This document shows, in pieces, positions 12,476 through 26,689 of a stretch of DNA of 64,000 nt (its first letter is position 1; each line of letters opens with the position of its first letter). This DNA comes from Macrostomum lignano (taxonomy: Eukaryota), in assembly GCA_002269645.1 (NCBI GenBank), contig NIVC01003123.1, positions 1 to 64,000 of the forward strand, given 5' to 3'. The notes under the pieces were generated by a model that was not told where the DNA came from, made no database searches, and saw only the letters and a program-made list of their open reading frames with translations. The position numbers and the translations under genes are program-made.

Positions 12476-13230
12476 AATGCGTGGGAGATTCGACTTCTTG
12501 AAGTTTGGGATATTCCTCATCCCCACAGCTCCGCTTAGCGCATATTTTTTGTGCATATTTTAACAGCCTTAACTATTGGCCGCAAGAGAATTGAAGAGAA
12601 GATCGAAGCTCCCTAAGGCAGGGGTGAGTGCTTCGAGATCCCTTCTTCCGCTGTTAGAAAAGGGGAAACTATTCCCTATCAGACAGAAACGCGGAGGAAG
12701 GAAATCCCGCTGATTGGGGATGCGGCGGTGTCGGGTTGGAGCGATATAAGCAGCCAGGGGTCAGGCTGATCAAATTGGAAGTTCATCATAGATAAGAAGT
12801 AATTTCTCGGTTCAGCGGCAGAGGGAGAGATCTGAGCTGACGGCTGAAGACCGTCCGCAGCTCAGGAATTCCGTCTCAGGGCATATTGAGCTGCAGGTTG
12901 AGGAGTAGGGGGAGAGCAAAGTTCGTGTCTGAGTGGTCAGACAGTGTTTGCTTCCCTTGAGAATGGAAGCGATTAGCTGCTCGACTTTCTTATATCATAT
13001 CAAAAACTTCCCAGGCAATATGGCAATATGGCAACTCGTACAGTCCAATTGACATGCTTTATTACTACTTGCTATTAAGTAGCTTGAATTCTCAAAACTG
13101 TGCACAATTTACCTTAGAGATTGGCCCTTGTCCATCTAATAGACATCTGCTTAGAGTCATGGACTACTTAAAAAAATCCTTGGCCAAAATCACGGAGCAA
13201 ACATAATCCCCCCCCCAACTGACTCCGCAG

Positions 13231-14075
13231 GCCTGGCCCTGTGCGTTAACAGTTTCTCCCTGGCGTCCATTGCAATTTTGCGCGCCCGTCAGAGCGCCAC
13301 TACAGCGGCGCCGCCGCCGGACCAGGTGAGCAACAACTCCAACCTGCGCCGGGTGGTGGCAGCCACGTGGCTTGGCGCCCTGCTGGTCTCCACGCCAGCC
13401 CTGTTCGCCTTCAGTCTGCAGCCGGTGAACATGCCGGTAGGAGGTGACGGCCGCGGCAACTCGTCCCGCAGCCAAGACGTTCACTACGTGTGCTCGGAGG
13501 ATCGCAGCAACCCGGTGGGGCAGAAGGCCTACTCAGCCTACTTCCTAGTGCTGCTGTTCCTGTCTCCCTGCGTGGTGCTGGCTTTCTCATACGGCGTCAC
13601 CGCTCGATTCTTGTCCAGACAGTTCGGCCGCTTGACCGGCCGCCGGCTGCAGGCGGCGACGTCTCTCGGACAAGCGACCGCCGCGCTGGAGGAACAGCCA
13701 GAAGAGCTCCAGGAGCAGCAGCCACGCCTGGCCCTGACCAACCAGACTTCCGTAGCATCTGGCGGGCCGCTGAATCGGCAGCACCGGCAGACGCGCCGGC
13801 TGCACCGTCGGACGGTGAAAACTCTCGCCGTACTAGTGGCTGTCTTCATCGTGTGCTGGTTCCCCAAAGATCTGATCATTCTGTTGCAGGATTTTGTGCT
13901 GGAAAACCGTGGCGTGGACGCCGTGAGCCCCCTGATAGAGATTTACCCGTACAGTCAGGCCCTGATCTACCTGCACAGCGCTCTCTGCCCGTTCCTGTAC
14001 TGGTGCCTCAGCCGTGTGTTTCAGCACTACGTCAGAAAGGCATTCTCCAGGCAGCAGCCAGAGCAGCGCCAATAG
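13231..14075 (+). CDS. Class A peptide-type GPCR, coding exon 2 (TM3-TM7, C-tail); spliced CDS 1140 nt, 379 aa from ATG 7811
   Basis: Acceptor GACTCCGCAG|GC completes the phase-1 codon (IE-G-LALCVNSFSLASIAILRA). It contains TM4 Trp, an ECL2 Cys, TM5 P...Y, TM6 CWFP and TM7 SALCPFLY, with the stop TAG at 14073-14075 and AATAAA near 14154 and 14272. Confidence 0.9.
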
Positions 14076-15174
14076 TTATGAAACTGCGGCCTAAGCTGCT
14101 CTCAATGCTCTGTGATTGATGATCTTCTCGAAGCCACTTTTCTGAACTCGAAAAATAAAAGGCTTTTTTTCTCTCTCCAAAGTTCGGCACGCCCCCTTGG
14201 CTTAGCTGGCACTCGGTGAGACTTATTTAGGCTTTTAGCACTCGCTCGCCTCAGCTTGTTTTATTTTCTGCAATAAAAAGCACACTTTGTACTGCATAAC
14301 ACTACCGGCAGGAATACCAGACAATTCCCCCTTCACAGTTTTTGCAGAACACGGACTAACTTTTTATTGCTCACCTTCTCAAACAAGAATCAAGTCGCCA
14401 GCCCCCCGGACCGTCGAGATATTCGACGATTCTGCCAGAAGGTCGGATTTTTCCCATTAATGCTAATGTACTGCGCCCCAGTGCAGCCTTGCCAAGCCTC
14501 CAAATTACATCAGCACGTCGACCGCATGTGTCTGCATCAGCTCTGACTTCGTTGGTCACTGGCCTTCACCCAGATGGAGCTTCTGGACCTTCAACAGGTG
14601 GCACCAGGAAACTATGGACACCCTGTTGCAAATTTCTCTAGTTTCGCTGATCAAGCCTCGACAGCGGGCAAACCTCAACTGCTGGACATCCTCAGCTGGT
14701 CTCTCAGGCACTCCGTCATCACCCCAACGCCGTCGGCACCTTCAACAGGTGGCATCAGGTCACTGTGGCCACCCGAGTGAGATTTTTTATCATACCCTTA
14801 GCATTTTTGGAGCTCTAAACTTATTTTAAGCTCCAAGATGGCTGAAATGCTGGCCACTGGCGTTTCACGCGCAGCAAAAAGAATGTCTGGGCTGGGGGGA
14901 ATTCCATCAGCAATTCAAGCCCCCCCCGCCTGGTAGTTCTACTGTTAATAAAAGTTTAGTTTCCTTGCATCATATGATAACCGGCTGATTTGACTCGCTT
15001 TATTTTTACTACATAAAAGAACACAGAAAGCAGAAAACTAAACAAAAAAGTAACGGCATGGAAGCCGCAAGCCAGAATCCCAATGTAATCTTTAGTTCTG
15101 GAGGAATTCTTAAGTGCAGTGTAGTTAAAGTACAGAATTTTGGCTAATGTAAAGGGAGTAGTTTTTCCTTAGAG

Positions 15175-15430
15175 AATGTAGGTTTGATGTACAGGATGTA
15201 GGTTTCATGTACAGAATGTAGGTTCCATGTACAGGCTGTAGGTTTCATGTACAGAATGTAGGTTTCAAGTACGGGCTGTAGGTTTCATGCATAGAATGTA
15301 GATTTCATGTACAGGATGTATTTTTCTTGTACAGAATGTATTTTTCATGTACAGAATGGAGGTTCACGTTGAGAATGTTAATGTTTCATCTACACAATGT
15401 AAGTTTGATGTACAGAATTTAGGTTTCATG
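15175..15430. repeat. Degenerate 20-bp tandem repeat (CATGTACAGAATGTAGGTTT)
   Basis: About 12 diverged units are visible. Confidence 0.8.
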
Positions 15431-16268
15431 TAACAGAATTCTCTAAGGTTTACGCGACATTAAAAGTGGCGCTTTACTTGTACACTAACTTTCAAAGCAT
15501 ACCACTTTAAGTAGCATAGTGTTGAATGTGCGGCTACGTTTGAATTACAGCCGAAAAGTATGTCGTATACGCTTGTATTTGCGTTTCAACAAGCAGAACT
15601 CTTAGTCTGCATACTAAAAGAGCACTTTATTGCGCGCATACCAGCCGAGCCTAGATCGATCCACTTTTCCTTTTAGAAGAGAAAAAGAGACGGGGATTGA
15701 TCCTTGGTCCGGAACAAACAGGGGGTTCACTGATTTACTGACCAAGCACTGCGCTAGGCAATACTTTAATAATATATCTATGGAGAGAGACAGAGGTGCA
15801 AAGCGCTTTCAGTGCGCTCACACACAGTAAGCAAATTTTTCTTTCCTCGATTCAGCACGCTTCGAAGCATTCGTGCCTTAAATTCGAGGTTTTTTTATAA
15901 TTCAATTCGCAAGCCCAGGGTCCCTTCCGGTCGGATCAAATGAAAATATTTAAAAGCTGGCTTGCCGCTCGAGTATAAAGCCAATTGTGGAACTCTCCAT
16001 TTTTCTGGCAATATCTGGCCGCGTCTTTTCCCCTCTGTGCTTCTTTCTCTCTCTCTTGTTTCTGAGTTCTGCTCTCTCATTTTTAGTCCCTCCCCAACCC
16101 CGTGAGTGAATGGAATTGTTTCAGCTTTGCTTCGGCAGCTCCAAGCAACAGCTGGGTTCGTTGCGGTCACTCCCTGTGCGCCACTGAGAGGGGGGAGGGA
16201 ACCACGGGTGCAGGCAGGCCTTTGCGGTATCCCCACCTTCTGCGAACCCCCCCCCCACTTCTCCGAGG

Positions 16269-16372
16269 CCAATCAGCAAACTTTCTTTGTCAGTCACTCA
16301 CTGAGCTGCCCTCGCCCTCACCCCCGCCTCCGATCCCCCCGAGCTGCCGTTTTTCCTTCCAGCTTTATAAAA
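16269..16372 (+). promoter_or_regulatory. Canonical Pol II promoter: CCAAT box, GC box, TATA box
   Basis: CCAAT at 16269-16273, CCCCGCC near 16322 and TATAAAA at 16366-16372. An ATG-free leader follows up to ATG 16509. Confidence 0.6.
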
Positions 16373-16508
16373 CGCGACACCCCCCTCGTAAAAACGTGGA
16401 GGCGAACAAAGTGGCGGGTGACGGACACAACTGGGCGGCAACCCCTCGATCCTGGTTGAGCGAGCGGCCGAGTGTTGAAATTCAGCGACAAGCCGAGCCA
16501 GAGCAACG

Positions 16509-16548
16509 ATGAAGACTGACAGCCGAGTCTGGGAGGACGCTCGTCAAA
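16509..16548 (+). CDS. Candidate alternative first coding exon of the stomatin gene (MKTDSRVWEDARQ)
   Basis: ATG with A at -3, 40 nt (3n+1), donor A|GTGAGT. The phase matches the stomatin acceptor at 42535, and a promoter lies directly upstream. Confidence 0.5.
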
Positions 16549-17479
16549 GTGAGTTCGGTTCTCGCAGCCCCCTCCCGCACAACACCGGAAAGAGGCTGTC
16601 GATCCCAAAGCAAAAATAACAGTACAGTCCAGAGCAATTCCGCTGTACTCATCCCCTTACTCATAGCGGCACAAAAGGAGCTGACGGACTCAAAATATGC
16701 TATACGACGTAAAAAAGTAGTTGAGAGCACTTTATCTTCTTTAGCCTCTAATCCTACCAGCTTGCAGACGCTGTCTGGCAAGGAGAGAGAGGGGGAGAAC
16801 ATGCGCAGCACTAGAAGAAGTCAGAGAAGGGATGAGCGCAGGAGAAAGCAGAATTGATTAACTTCAGGCCAAGAAAAACCGGCTGCTGCAGCTATCCATC
16901 AGCCTTTGTTGGCGATCGCTCAACTTTCTTTCATTTTCTCTCCCTCCATTTTTTAGCTCTTCATCTTCCTTTCCTTCTAAAAGCACAGGGGTCTGTATCC
17001 AAGTATGAAATACTTCTTTATGGACTGGCCCGGAAGTCCCTTTGTTTTATTTCTCTGATATTCTTAGTGCCAATGGACGGGTCAGCTCAGCGTTAAATGC
17101 ATCTGACTCTCGCATGGCGCCTACACTTGCATGGTTAAAAATAGCTAACAATGGGAAAATATCACTTCTGAATGCGGCTTAGTCGAACGTCTAATGGCCC
17201 TGGCGCTGAAATGCCCGTAATTAGCAAATTCAGCCGCAGACTGATAGCTCGATGCGTCAACTCCTAGTGTTTAAGCTCACCGTAAATTGCCCAAGTCCTG
17301 CTTGCAGGTCTGAGGATACAAGCGTATGGGATTGGGAAACTCCATTTGGGTCAGCGACAGCTGGCAGAATGGGGGGGGGGTGATCTTCTGAACTCTGTGA
17401 ATTGGAACCAAATCAAATTAAAGTTTTACCATAGATGTTAAAACTCTCAAATCGCTCCGTCCCCTCTCTCCCTCTGCCT

Positions 17480-18835
17480 CTCCTTCTCCCTTGTCCCCTC
17501 TCTCTATTTCCCTCTCGCCCTCCCTCAATCTCTTTCTGTCCCCTCTCTCTATTACCCTCTCGCCCTCCCTCAATCTCTTTCTATCCTCTCTCTCTCTATT
17601 ACCCTCTCGCCCTCCCTCAATCTCTTTCTGTCCCCTCTCTCTATTACCCTCTCGCCCTCCCTCAATCTCTTTCTGTCCCCTCTCTCTATTACCCTCTCGC
17701 CCTCCCTCAATCTCTTTCTGTCCCCTCTCTCTATTCCCTCTCGCCCTCCCTCAATCTCTTTCTGTCCCCTCTCTCTATTACCCTCTCGCCCTCCCTCAAT
17801 CTCTTTCTGTCCCCTCTCTCTATTCCCTCTCGCCCTCCCTCAATCTCTTTCTGTCCCCTCTCTCTATTCCCTCTCGCCCTCCCTCAATCTCTTTCTGTCC
17901 CCTCTCTCTATTACCCTCTCGCCCTCCCTCAATCTCTTTCTGTCCCCTCTCTCTATTCCCTCTCGCCCTCCCTCAATCTCTTTCTGTCCCCTCTCTCTAT
18001 TACCCTCTCGCCCTCCCTCAATCTCTTTCTGTCCCCTCTCTCTATTACCCTCTCGCCCTCCCTCAATCTCTTTCTGTCCCCTCTCTCTATTACCCTCTCG
18101 CCCTCCCTCAATCTCTTTCTGTCCCCTCTCTCTATTACCCTCTCGCCCTCCCTCAATCTCTTTCTGTCCCCTCTCTCTATTACCCTCTCGCCCTCCCTCA
18201 ATCTCTTTCTGTCCCCTCTCTCTATTACCCTCTCGCCCTCCCTCAATCTCTTTCTGTCCCCTCTCTCTATTTCCCTCTCGCCCTCCCTCAATCTCTTTCT
18301 ATCCTCTCTCTCTATTCCCTCTCGCCCTCCCTCAATCTCTTTCTGTCCCCTCTCTCTATTCCCTCTCGCCCTCCCTCAATCTCTTTCTGTCCCCTCTCTC
18401 TATTACCCTCTCGCCCTCCCTCAATCTCTTTCTGTCCCCTCTCTCTATTACCCTCTCGCCCTCCCTCAATCTCTTTCTGTCCCCTCTCTCTATTTCCCTC
18501 TCGCCCTCCCTCAATCTCTTTCTGTCCCCTCTCTCTATTTCCCTCTCGCCCTCCCTCAATCTCTTTCTATCCTCTCTCTCTATTACCCTCTCACCCTCCC
18601 TCAATCTCTTTCTGTCCCCTCTCTCTATTACCCTCTCGCCCTCCCTCAATCTCTTTCTGTCCCCTCTCTCTATTACCCTCTCGCCCTCCCTCAATCTCTT
18701 TCTATCCTCTCTCTCTAATACCCTCTCGCCCTCCCTCAATCTCTTTCTGTCCCCTCTCTCTATTACCCTCTCGCCCTCCCTCAATCTCTTTCTGTCCCCT
18801 CTCTCTATTACCCTCTCACCCTCCCTCAATCTCTC
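17480..18835. repeat. 45-bp pyrimidine-rich minisatellite (43-bp variants)
   Basis: Unit CCCTCTCGCCCTCCCTCAATCTCTTTCTGTCCCCTCTCTCTATTA, seen as a 15-aa periodicity in the ORF track. Confidence 0.95.
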
Positions 18836-19223
18836 CCAGCCTTCCTCCCAGTTTATCTTCCTCTTTCTGTCTTCTTGTCTCGCCTTCTCGCCCCCTCTCT
18901 CCCATCCTTCTCTATTCCGTCATTTTGCATCTACCAAGCCTCTATGCTAGTCTTATTACGCTCGCATATAATTAATTTTCTCCACGCCCCTATCTTTTTC
19001 TGCTTAAACATCAGCTCATTTTTTCCAATCACTGCAGTGCAATGCTTGTACCGGCCTTCACTCTCTTCCCTCTTCTGCCTTGATTCTTTTCAATTTTCCT
19101 ATCTTAGATCTTATTGAATTATTGTTTATTTGAATTCATCTGACCTGGTCCACTGATTCAGTGCAATCCTTCCACACAGTGTGACTCAATTGTGGTGGTT
19201 TCTTAGCAGTCTGTTTAATAAAG

Positions 19224-20115
19224 CTTGTAGCCTGGTGCTTTGAGCGTCTGACTCACCACTTGAAGGTCGGGGGTTCGATTCCCGATCCACTTGGAGCAAT
19301 TTGTGTCCAATGACAACTCAAGTAACATATATACTCGTATAGGACGCTACACTCGAACTCTATGGCAAATGTTTTGAAGGCAACTTTTCGCCGAAAAATA
19401 CACTACAGAGATAGGAGGTTTTAATTTTTGAGCACAAAAATTGTTTTTGCTTTTGACAGGAGGCAGATCCAGTGTTCATCTTTTGATATGTTATGCCTTT
19501 CTTATTGCTCTATAAGTGACAGACCAATTTGACATGAAAAATCGATTAATGCGTCGTTATAGCAGCATGTGAGGCACAAAATAGTGTGATTAGGACTTTC
19601 TCTGACACTGTTAAGAGACTCAATCACTGTTTTAGTGTTGAAAATCGTGAAATTTCCTTTCTCCGTAGTGTATTTTTCCGGTGAAACCTGCCTTTAAAAC
19701 TATTTCTGAACGAAAAGCTTTATGAATATCGATAGAGCAATAAGAAAGGCTCAACATATCAAAAGATGAACATTGGATCTGCCTCCTATCAAAAGCAATG
19801 TGCTGAAAAAATTAAAACCTCCTATCTCTGTAGTGTATTTTTCGGCGAAAAGTTGCCTTCAAAACATTTACCATGGATTTCGAGTGTTGCGTCCTTCTAC
19901 TTAAGTTGTCTTTGCTTGTGTCCTTGACAAGACACTTAACTCTGCATTGCTTCAGTTCACCCAGCTGTAAAATGGGTGCCAGCATTAGCTGGGGTAATTG
20001 AGGGTGTGTGTGGCGACCCCCCAGTCCTTGGACTGAACAGCCGTACGCAGCCTTCAGATGCGCCGCGCAATAGCTGCGGCTGAGCTGTCGGTTGCACATC
20101 TGCCCATTAGTGCAG
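19224..20115 (+). mobile_element. tRNA-derived SINE family 1, split by a MITE insertion
   Basis: The head carries a B-box (GGTTCGATTCC) at about 19272. The body from 19916 on matches the copies at 22798 and 46238 (reverse complement). Confidence 0.8.
19309..19915. mobile_element. 607-bp non-autonomous foldback/MITE element with ~200-bp terminal inverted repeats and an 8-bp TSD
   Basis: Arms at about 19311-19515 and 19730-19912 are near-perfect reverse complements. TTGTGTCC is duplicated at 19301-19308 and 19916-19923. Confidence 0.85.
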
Positions 20116-20320
20116 GTGTAATCAATTATTATAACAACCCATACCTCACAGTTAATTAGGCACACGATCGCACAGACTTTCTCAGCTTTAGACATGTACA
20201 TGTACATTTGTAAGCTCTCTGCGCTTTGGGAGTTTAACGCGTGAAGTCGGACCCGATTATAGCTTTATTACTGTATACTATACAAGCACGTACGGATGAG
20301 CGATCAGCTGGCTGCACCGA

Positions 20321-20340
20321 GGGCGGGGTGACGTCACGTG
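20321..20340. promoter_or_regulatory. Compact GC-box + CRE + E-box motif cluster
   Basis: GGGCGGGG (20321-20328) abuts TGACGTCA (20329-20336), which overlaps CACGTG (20335-20340). No target exon was identified. Confidence 0.35.
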
Positions 20341-21149
20341 ATTGATAGATTTTTACGCTGCGACAGCCAGGCTCCCTGAAGGCCACAGGCGAGAGGCCTT
20401 CCAAACTGTCGATGACAGCACCTGGCGGAGCGGGGATGTTTTTGAAGGAGCAATCGGAATGCCATCGAGGGTTGCCGCTGAAATGAGGGAAGGAGAGGGC
20501 GAAGGCAGACGAGCACTTCACGGGAATCGGTGGGCACAGACGGAGGCAAACTGTTGGACGGGCGGCCTGTGGGAAGCCGCTCCCCCCTCCTTAGTTCTGC
20601 ATGTCCCCCAGTCGAGGATATGGTGGGAGAAGGAGCGCGGGAAGTTTGCCGGCTTTGGCCTCTTCTTCTTTTACTGGTTTTCCCCCTACTGCTTTCGCAT
20701 AGCAGCGTCTTGTCTTGGGGAGGTGGGGATGGGGGGCGAATACACACCGACAGCACTTGACAGGCGGCGGCAGAGGGCGACTGTCAGTTCCCATATTTGT
20801 CCCGCATCGCTTGCAGCCTCCCTAACCCGCCATCCTCCTCTTATCTCCCAGGCATGCGGTTAAGAGTGCGCGTGTGTATACCCTGCCGAACGAAACGTTC
20901 CCCTACTGTCCACAAAGGCCTTCTCCCCATCATATCCGCTCCAAGGTGCGTCTTCTGTCTGTGCGCAGGCTTCACTTTTTACGGCCGCAAAATTGGCAGC
21001 TTTTATATTGTAGAAAAAATCCACTTTGCTAGTTAATGCCAGCCCTATAAGCTGCGGTTGCTACTGTTCAGTAGTATCACTCGAGTCCCATTGAAAGACG
21101 AATTTATAGTATAGAAATTTATGTAATTGATACAGAACCATGAAGAAAT

Positions 21150-21640
21150 ACATTGAACAGGTTGCAATGGAAATGGGCACTATGAACAGGATTTAATGTA
21201 CATTGAACAGGTTACAGTGGACAATAGACACTATGAACAGGATCTGAATGTACATTGAACAGGTTACAGTGGACAATAGACACTATGAACAGGATCTGAC
21301 TGTACATTGAACAGCGTTGCAGTGGACAATAGACACTATGAACAGGATTCGATGTACATTGAACAGGGTGCAGTGGACAATAGACACTATGAACAGGATC
21401 TGATGTACATTGAACAGGTTGCAGTGGACAATGGACAGTATGAACAGGATCTGATGTACATTGAACAGGTTACAGTGGACAATGGACACTATGAACAGGA
21501 TCTGAATGTACATTGAACAGGTTACAGTGGACAATGGACACTATGAACAGGATCTGATGTACATTGAACAGGTTACAGTGGACAATGGACAATATGAACA
21601 GGATCCGATGTACATTGAACAGCGTTGCAGTGAACAATGA
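21150..21640. repeat. 51-52-bp minisatellite (TACATTGAACAGGTTACAGTGGACAATAGACACTATGAACAGGATCTGATG)
   Basis: About 9 visible units, with a 17-aa periodicity in the ORF track. Confidence 0.9.
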
Positions 21641-22467
21641 TGCAATGTACATTTTATAGTTTACAATCTACAATGGGCCTACATGTATACAGTGTCCAGT
21701 ATAGGCAATAAAGCAATTTTAATGGGATTGCTGGAATTGATTCCAAAAATAAATTAGAAATTTATTAGAAATTTATTAGAAAAATAAATTATTTTTTTCA
21801 TTACTAAGCCTCCTCTCCTACTGACAGTAATCTGCTTCAAAAATTAAGATCAGTTAGAATGAATTGTTCCACTCAAAACTGCATAGATATCAAATACTTT
21901 TATCAGTTAAAGTTTGCCAAAAATGAATCGATTATAAAAATGCGGAAACAAGGAAAGAAACCTTAAGGCCAGATTGATAGCAATGCTATCAGTCAGACAC
22001 GAAGCAGATAATAAAACTAAGTCCCCCCACAGCAGCAGCAGAAATTGCTATGAGGAAGGAAGCAGCGTGGAAAAATAAGGGGTGTGGGACAGCAGAGAGA
22101 GAGGGAGAGAGGCAGAGGGAAATGAGCGCCAGGCTCCATGGATTGGATCAGGCGGGCAAGGGGTTTTTGGACTTCAAGCAAAGTTGAGGCTGGCAGGCAA
22201 AGGCAGGCCAAGTTCTTACGCCACCTCAGCCTCTCCCCCCCCCACCCAGAAGAAGAACGGGAGCAAAAAAGCGAGGCAACGGCTGAGAGAGGGTGTCATT
22301 AAAACAATAATTGAAGTCCCAGCTCTGGTGACTGCCAAATACTTTTGTCTTTCTTTGGCCAACTCAAAAGCCAAAAAATAAAAAGCCAAAACCGGCAGTT
22401 TAGTAGCGTCTGCATCCCAAAATCTGTGTCAGCAAGAATCCCATTTGGCTGAGAGTCCCTCGGGGTG

Positions 22468-22609
22468 ATGAAGACGGCAGCCGCCGCAGTGGCCGCCGCG
22501 GCCGCAGCTTCAGCGGCAGCCGGTGGAGACTCCGGCGGCACCAACGGCACAGGCGGAGACCACGGTCGGCATCGCAAGTACTCGGTAGTGGATCCGCTCA
22601 GTGAGCTCG
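22468..22609 (+). CDS. Candidate alternative first coding exon of the stomatin gene (MKTAAAAVAAAAAASAAAGGDSGGTNGTGGDHGRHRKYSVVDPLSEL)
   Basis: GC-rich coding-like island, 142 nt (3n+1), donor G|GTGAGT in phase 1. It includes an RKYS kinase-type motif. Confidence 0.65.
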
Positions 22610-22797
22610 GTGAGTCGGGTCAACCCCTTCGCTAAATCCTTTCCTGTCTGATTTTCCCTGGATGGTACCGCCAAAGCGGTGCGGTGTCTGTGGTTTGTGC
22701 AATGCTACGCCGGATTATGGATGTTTCTCCTGCCAAACTGAGTTTTCTGACTCAATCATCCAGTAGAAAACGCTGAAAGAATTTAAACTTCCCGTTC

Positions 22798-23062
22798 TAA
22801 TGGCCAGATGTGCAACCGACAGCTCAGCCGCAGCTATTGCGCGGCGCATCTGAAGGCTGCGTACGGCTGTTCAGTCCAAGGACTGGGGGGTCGCCACACA
22901 CACCCTCAATTACCCAAGCTAATGCTGGCACCCATTTTAGCAATGCAGAGTTAAGTGTCTTGCTTAAGGACACGAATTGTTCCGAATGGGTCGAGAATCG
23001 AACCCCCGACCTTTCAGTCAGACGCTCGAAGCACTAAGGCTACAACCCGTTCTCCTAGCAAC
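22798..23062 (-). mobile_element. tRNA-derived SINE family 1 copy
   Basis: Reverse complement of 19224-19308 + 19916-20110, with an internal deletion. The B-box appears as GAATCGAACC on the + strand. Confidence 0.85.
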
Positions 23063-23557
23063 TGGAGAACCCACCAGCTGAGATTTTCGTCTTGCAATGC
23101 GTTAAACATATTTCAAATAGACTGAGGGAACTCCAATTGAGTTGCTGGTACACAGTCAGACACAAACGTTGGACACAATGATTTCTAGACAATTATTCTG
23201 ACGGACACTATCTCTATTGCTCATAATCACTTACTCAGCAGAGTCTGGTCCACCGAGTAGACGAGCGGCAGAAAAATCCCAGCATTTTCATATTTTCGTT
23301 TGACCCGAAACAGTTCGAGATCCCAGCAGGCATTCGGGTTCCCCTTTGGCCAAGCCACCCTCTCTTCTCCCGCTGCCTGCCTGCCTGCTTTGCATAATTT
23401 ATGCCTGCCAGTGGGGCCGCAAGCCACTTCTGCAGCTCCCCTCTCCGCAACCTTCCGCCATATTCCAACGCTCGCTGGAGCTGCAGTTGCCGACAGATTC
23501 CACTAGAAGAAGTGTCCCTCTCGGCATCCCCAGTGTACTGCTACTGCTGAGGAGAAA

Positions 23558-23616
<59 letters not shown>

Positions 23617-24094
23617 AGGCATGCAGACCACCGACTATTAGAGTTTGGTACCGAGCGATGCAGGTTCAGTGCAGCTGCTCAGTTGCATAATTTACTGTGT
23701 CAGCAGCCCCGCTAAAATGTCTATGCATACCCAGAGAACAAGGTGCGCGAAGAATTCGAATTTTTTCGCTTAGCGTGAGCGGACTTTTGGATTTCAAACA
23801 GCGACTCATTTTCTGGTGCTTGCCCGGCCCCGTGACTGACAGGGAAAAGAGGATGAAAGGGTGCGGCCGCCTCTCGCTGAGTCGCCGTCATTACCAGCGA
23901 AGGGAGGAGAGAGGCACTGAACACTGCTCGCTTCCTGCACTGCTGGACAGGAAGTGGGGCCCTTCCGGCTTGCCTTTGTCGGGCTGTCCACAGCCCTCGC
24001 TGGAGAGGGGAGAGTGAAATCCGATAAAACCACTCGTTTCTCGCCCTCACTGCTCAGTGGCTCCAATTAGGCCTCGAATGGGGGGACTGTGACA

Positions 24095-25950
<1,856 letters not shown>

Positions 25951-26689
25951 AGCATATGCAGACAGACAGAGGGGCTGGAAAAGTGCATGCCCGTAGAATT
26001 CCTGAGTCGGCAAGTCCGTTCTGCCTTTAGGAAGGCATTAATTAACAAGCAGACCCTGGCGGCAACGCTTCAAAGTGGAGACAAATTTCTTTCTGGATCA
26101 CCTGATAAATTATGTAGAAATTGGCTTTAGCAACCAAAAGCGGAGGTGGGCTGACGACCTCCCTGCTGAGTCAAAGTCACGCCACATAGCAGGTGCACCA
26201 CGTTAAGGATAATCTTTTTTTTAAGTTCAGCGCAAAAAGAGGAGATGTAGAGAGATAAAGACAGTAGAATAGGGGGGAACGGGGAGAATAGATAGAGAAG
26301 AGTCGATAGTAGACAGGCAAAGAGGTGAGAGTAGACAGGGGTAGAGGAGAGAGTAGACAGGGGTAGAGGAGAGAGTAGACAGGGGTAGAGGTGAGAGTAG
26401 ACAGGGGTAGAGAAGAGAATAGACAGGAAATATGAGAAAGTAGACAGATGTAGAGGAGAGAGTAGATAGGGGAAGAGGGGAGAGTAGGCAGGGGTAGAGG
26501 TGAGAGTAGACAGGGGTAGAGAAGAGAATAGACAGGGAAATATGAGAAAGTAGACAGATGTAGAGGAGAGAGTAGATAGGGGAAGAGGGGAGAGTAGGCA
26601 GGGGAAGAGGCAGGGGAAGAGGCGTGAGTAGACATAGGAAGAGGGGAAGAGTAGACATAGGAAGAGGTAGAGAGAGAGAAGAGAGGTCA

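Noticed and set aside
12580-13000. Coding-looking stretch in the GPCR intron, possibly an old LINE 3' fragment
   Set aside because: The minus-strand frames I translated are interrupted by stops, and I could not recognise any motif.
14585-14760. ~20-bp direct repeat CCTTCAACAGGTGGCA(C/T)CAGG about 150 bp apart
   Set aside because: Only two copies, with no TIR, TSD or recognisable ORF, so there is nothing to support a call.
15780-15830. ATG...CA|GTAAGC mini-exon (MERDRGAKRFQCAHT)
   Set aside because: The donor is phase 2, which is incompatible with the stomatin acceptor. It is recorded as a counterexample showing such patterns can arise by chance.
20342-20863. 173-aa ORF downstream of the CRE/E-box cluster
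   Set aside because: It has a non-ATG start, no recognisable domain, and donors only in phases 0 and 2.
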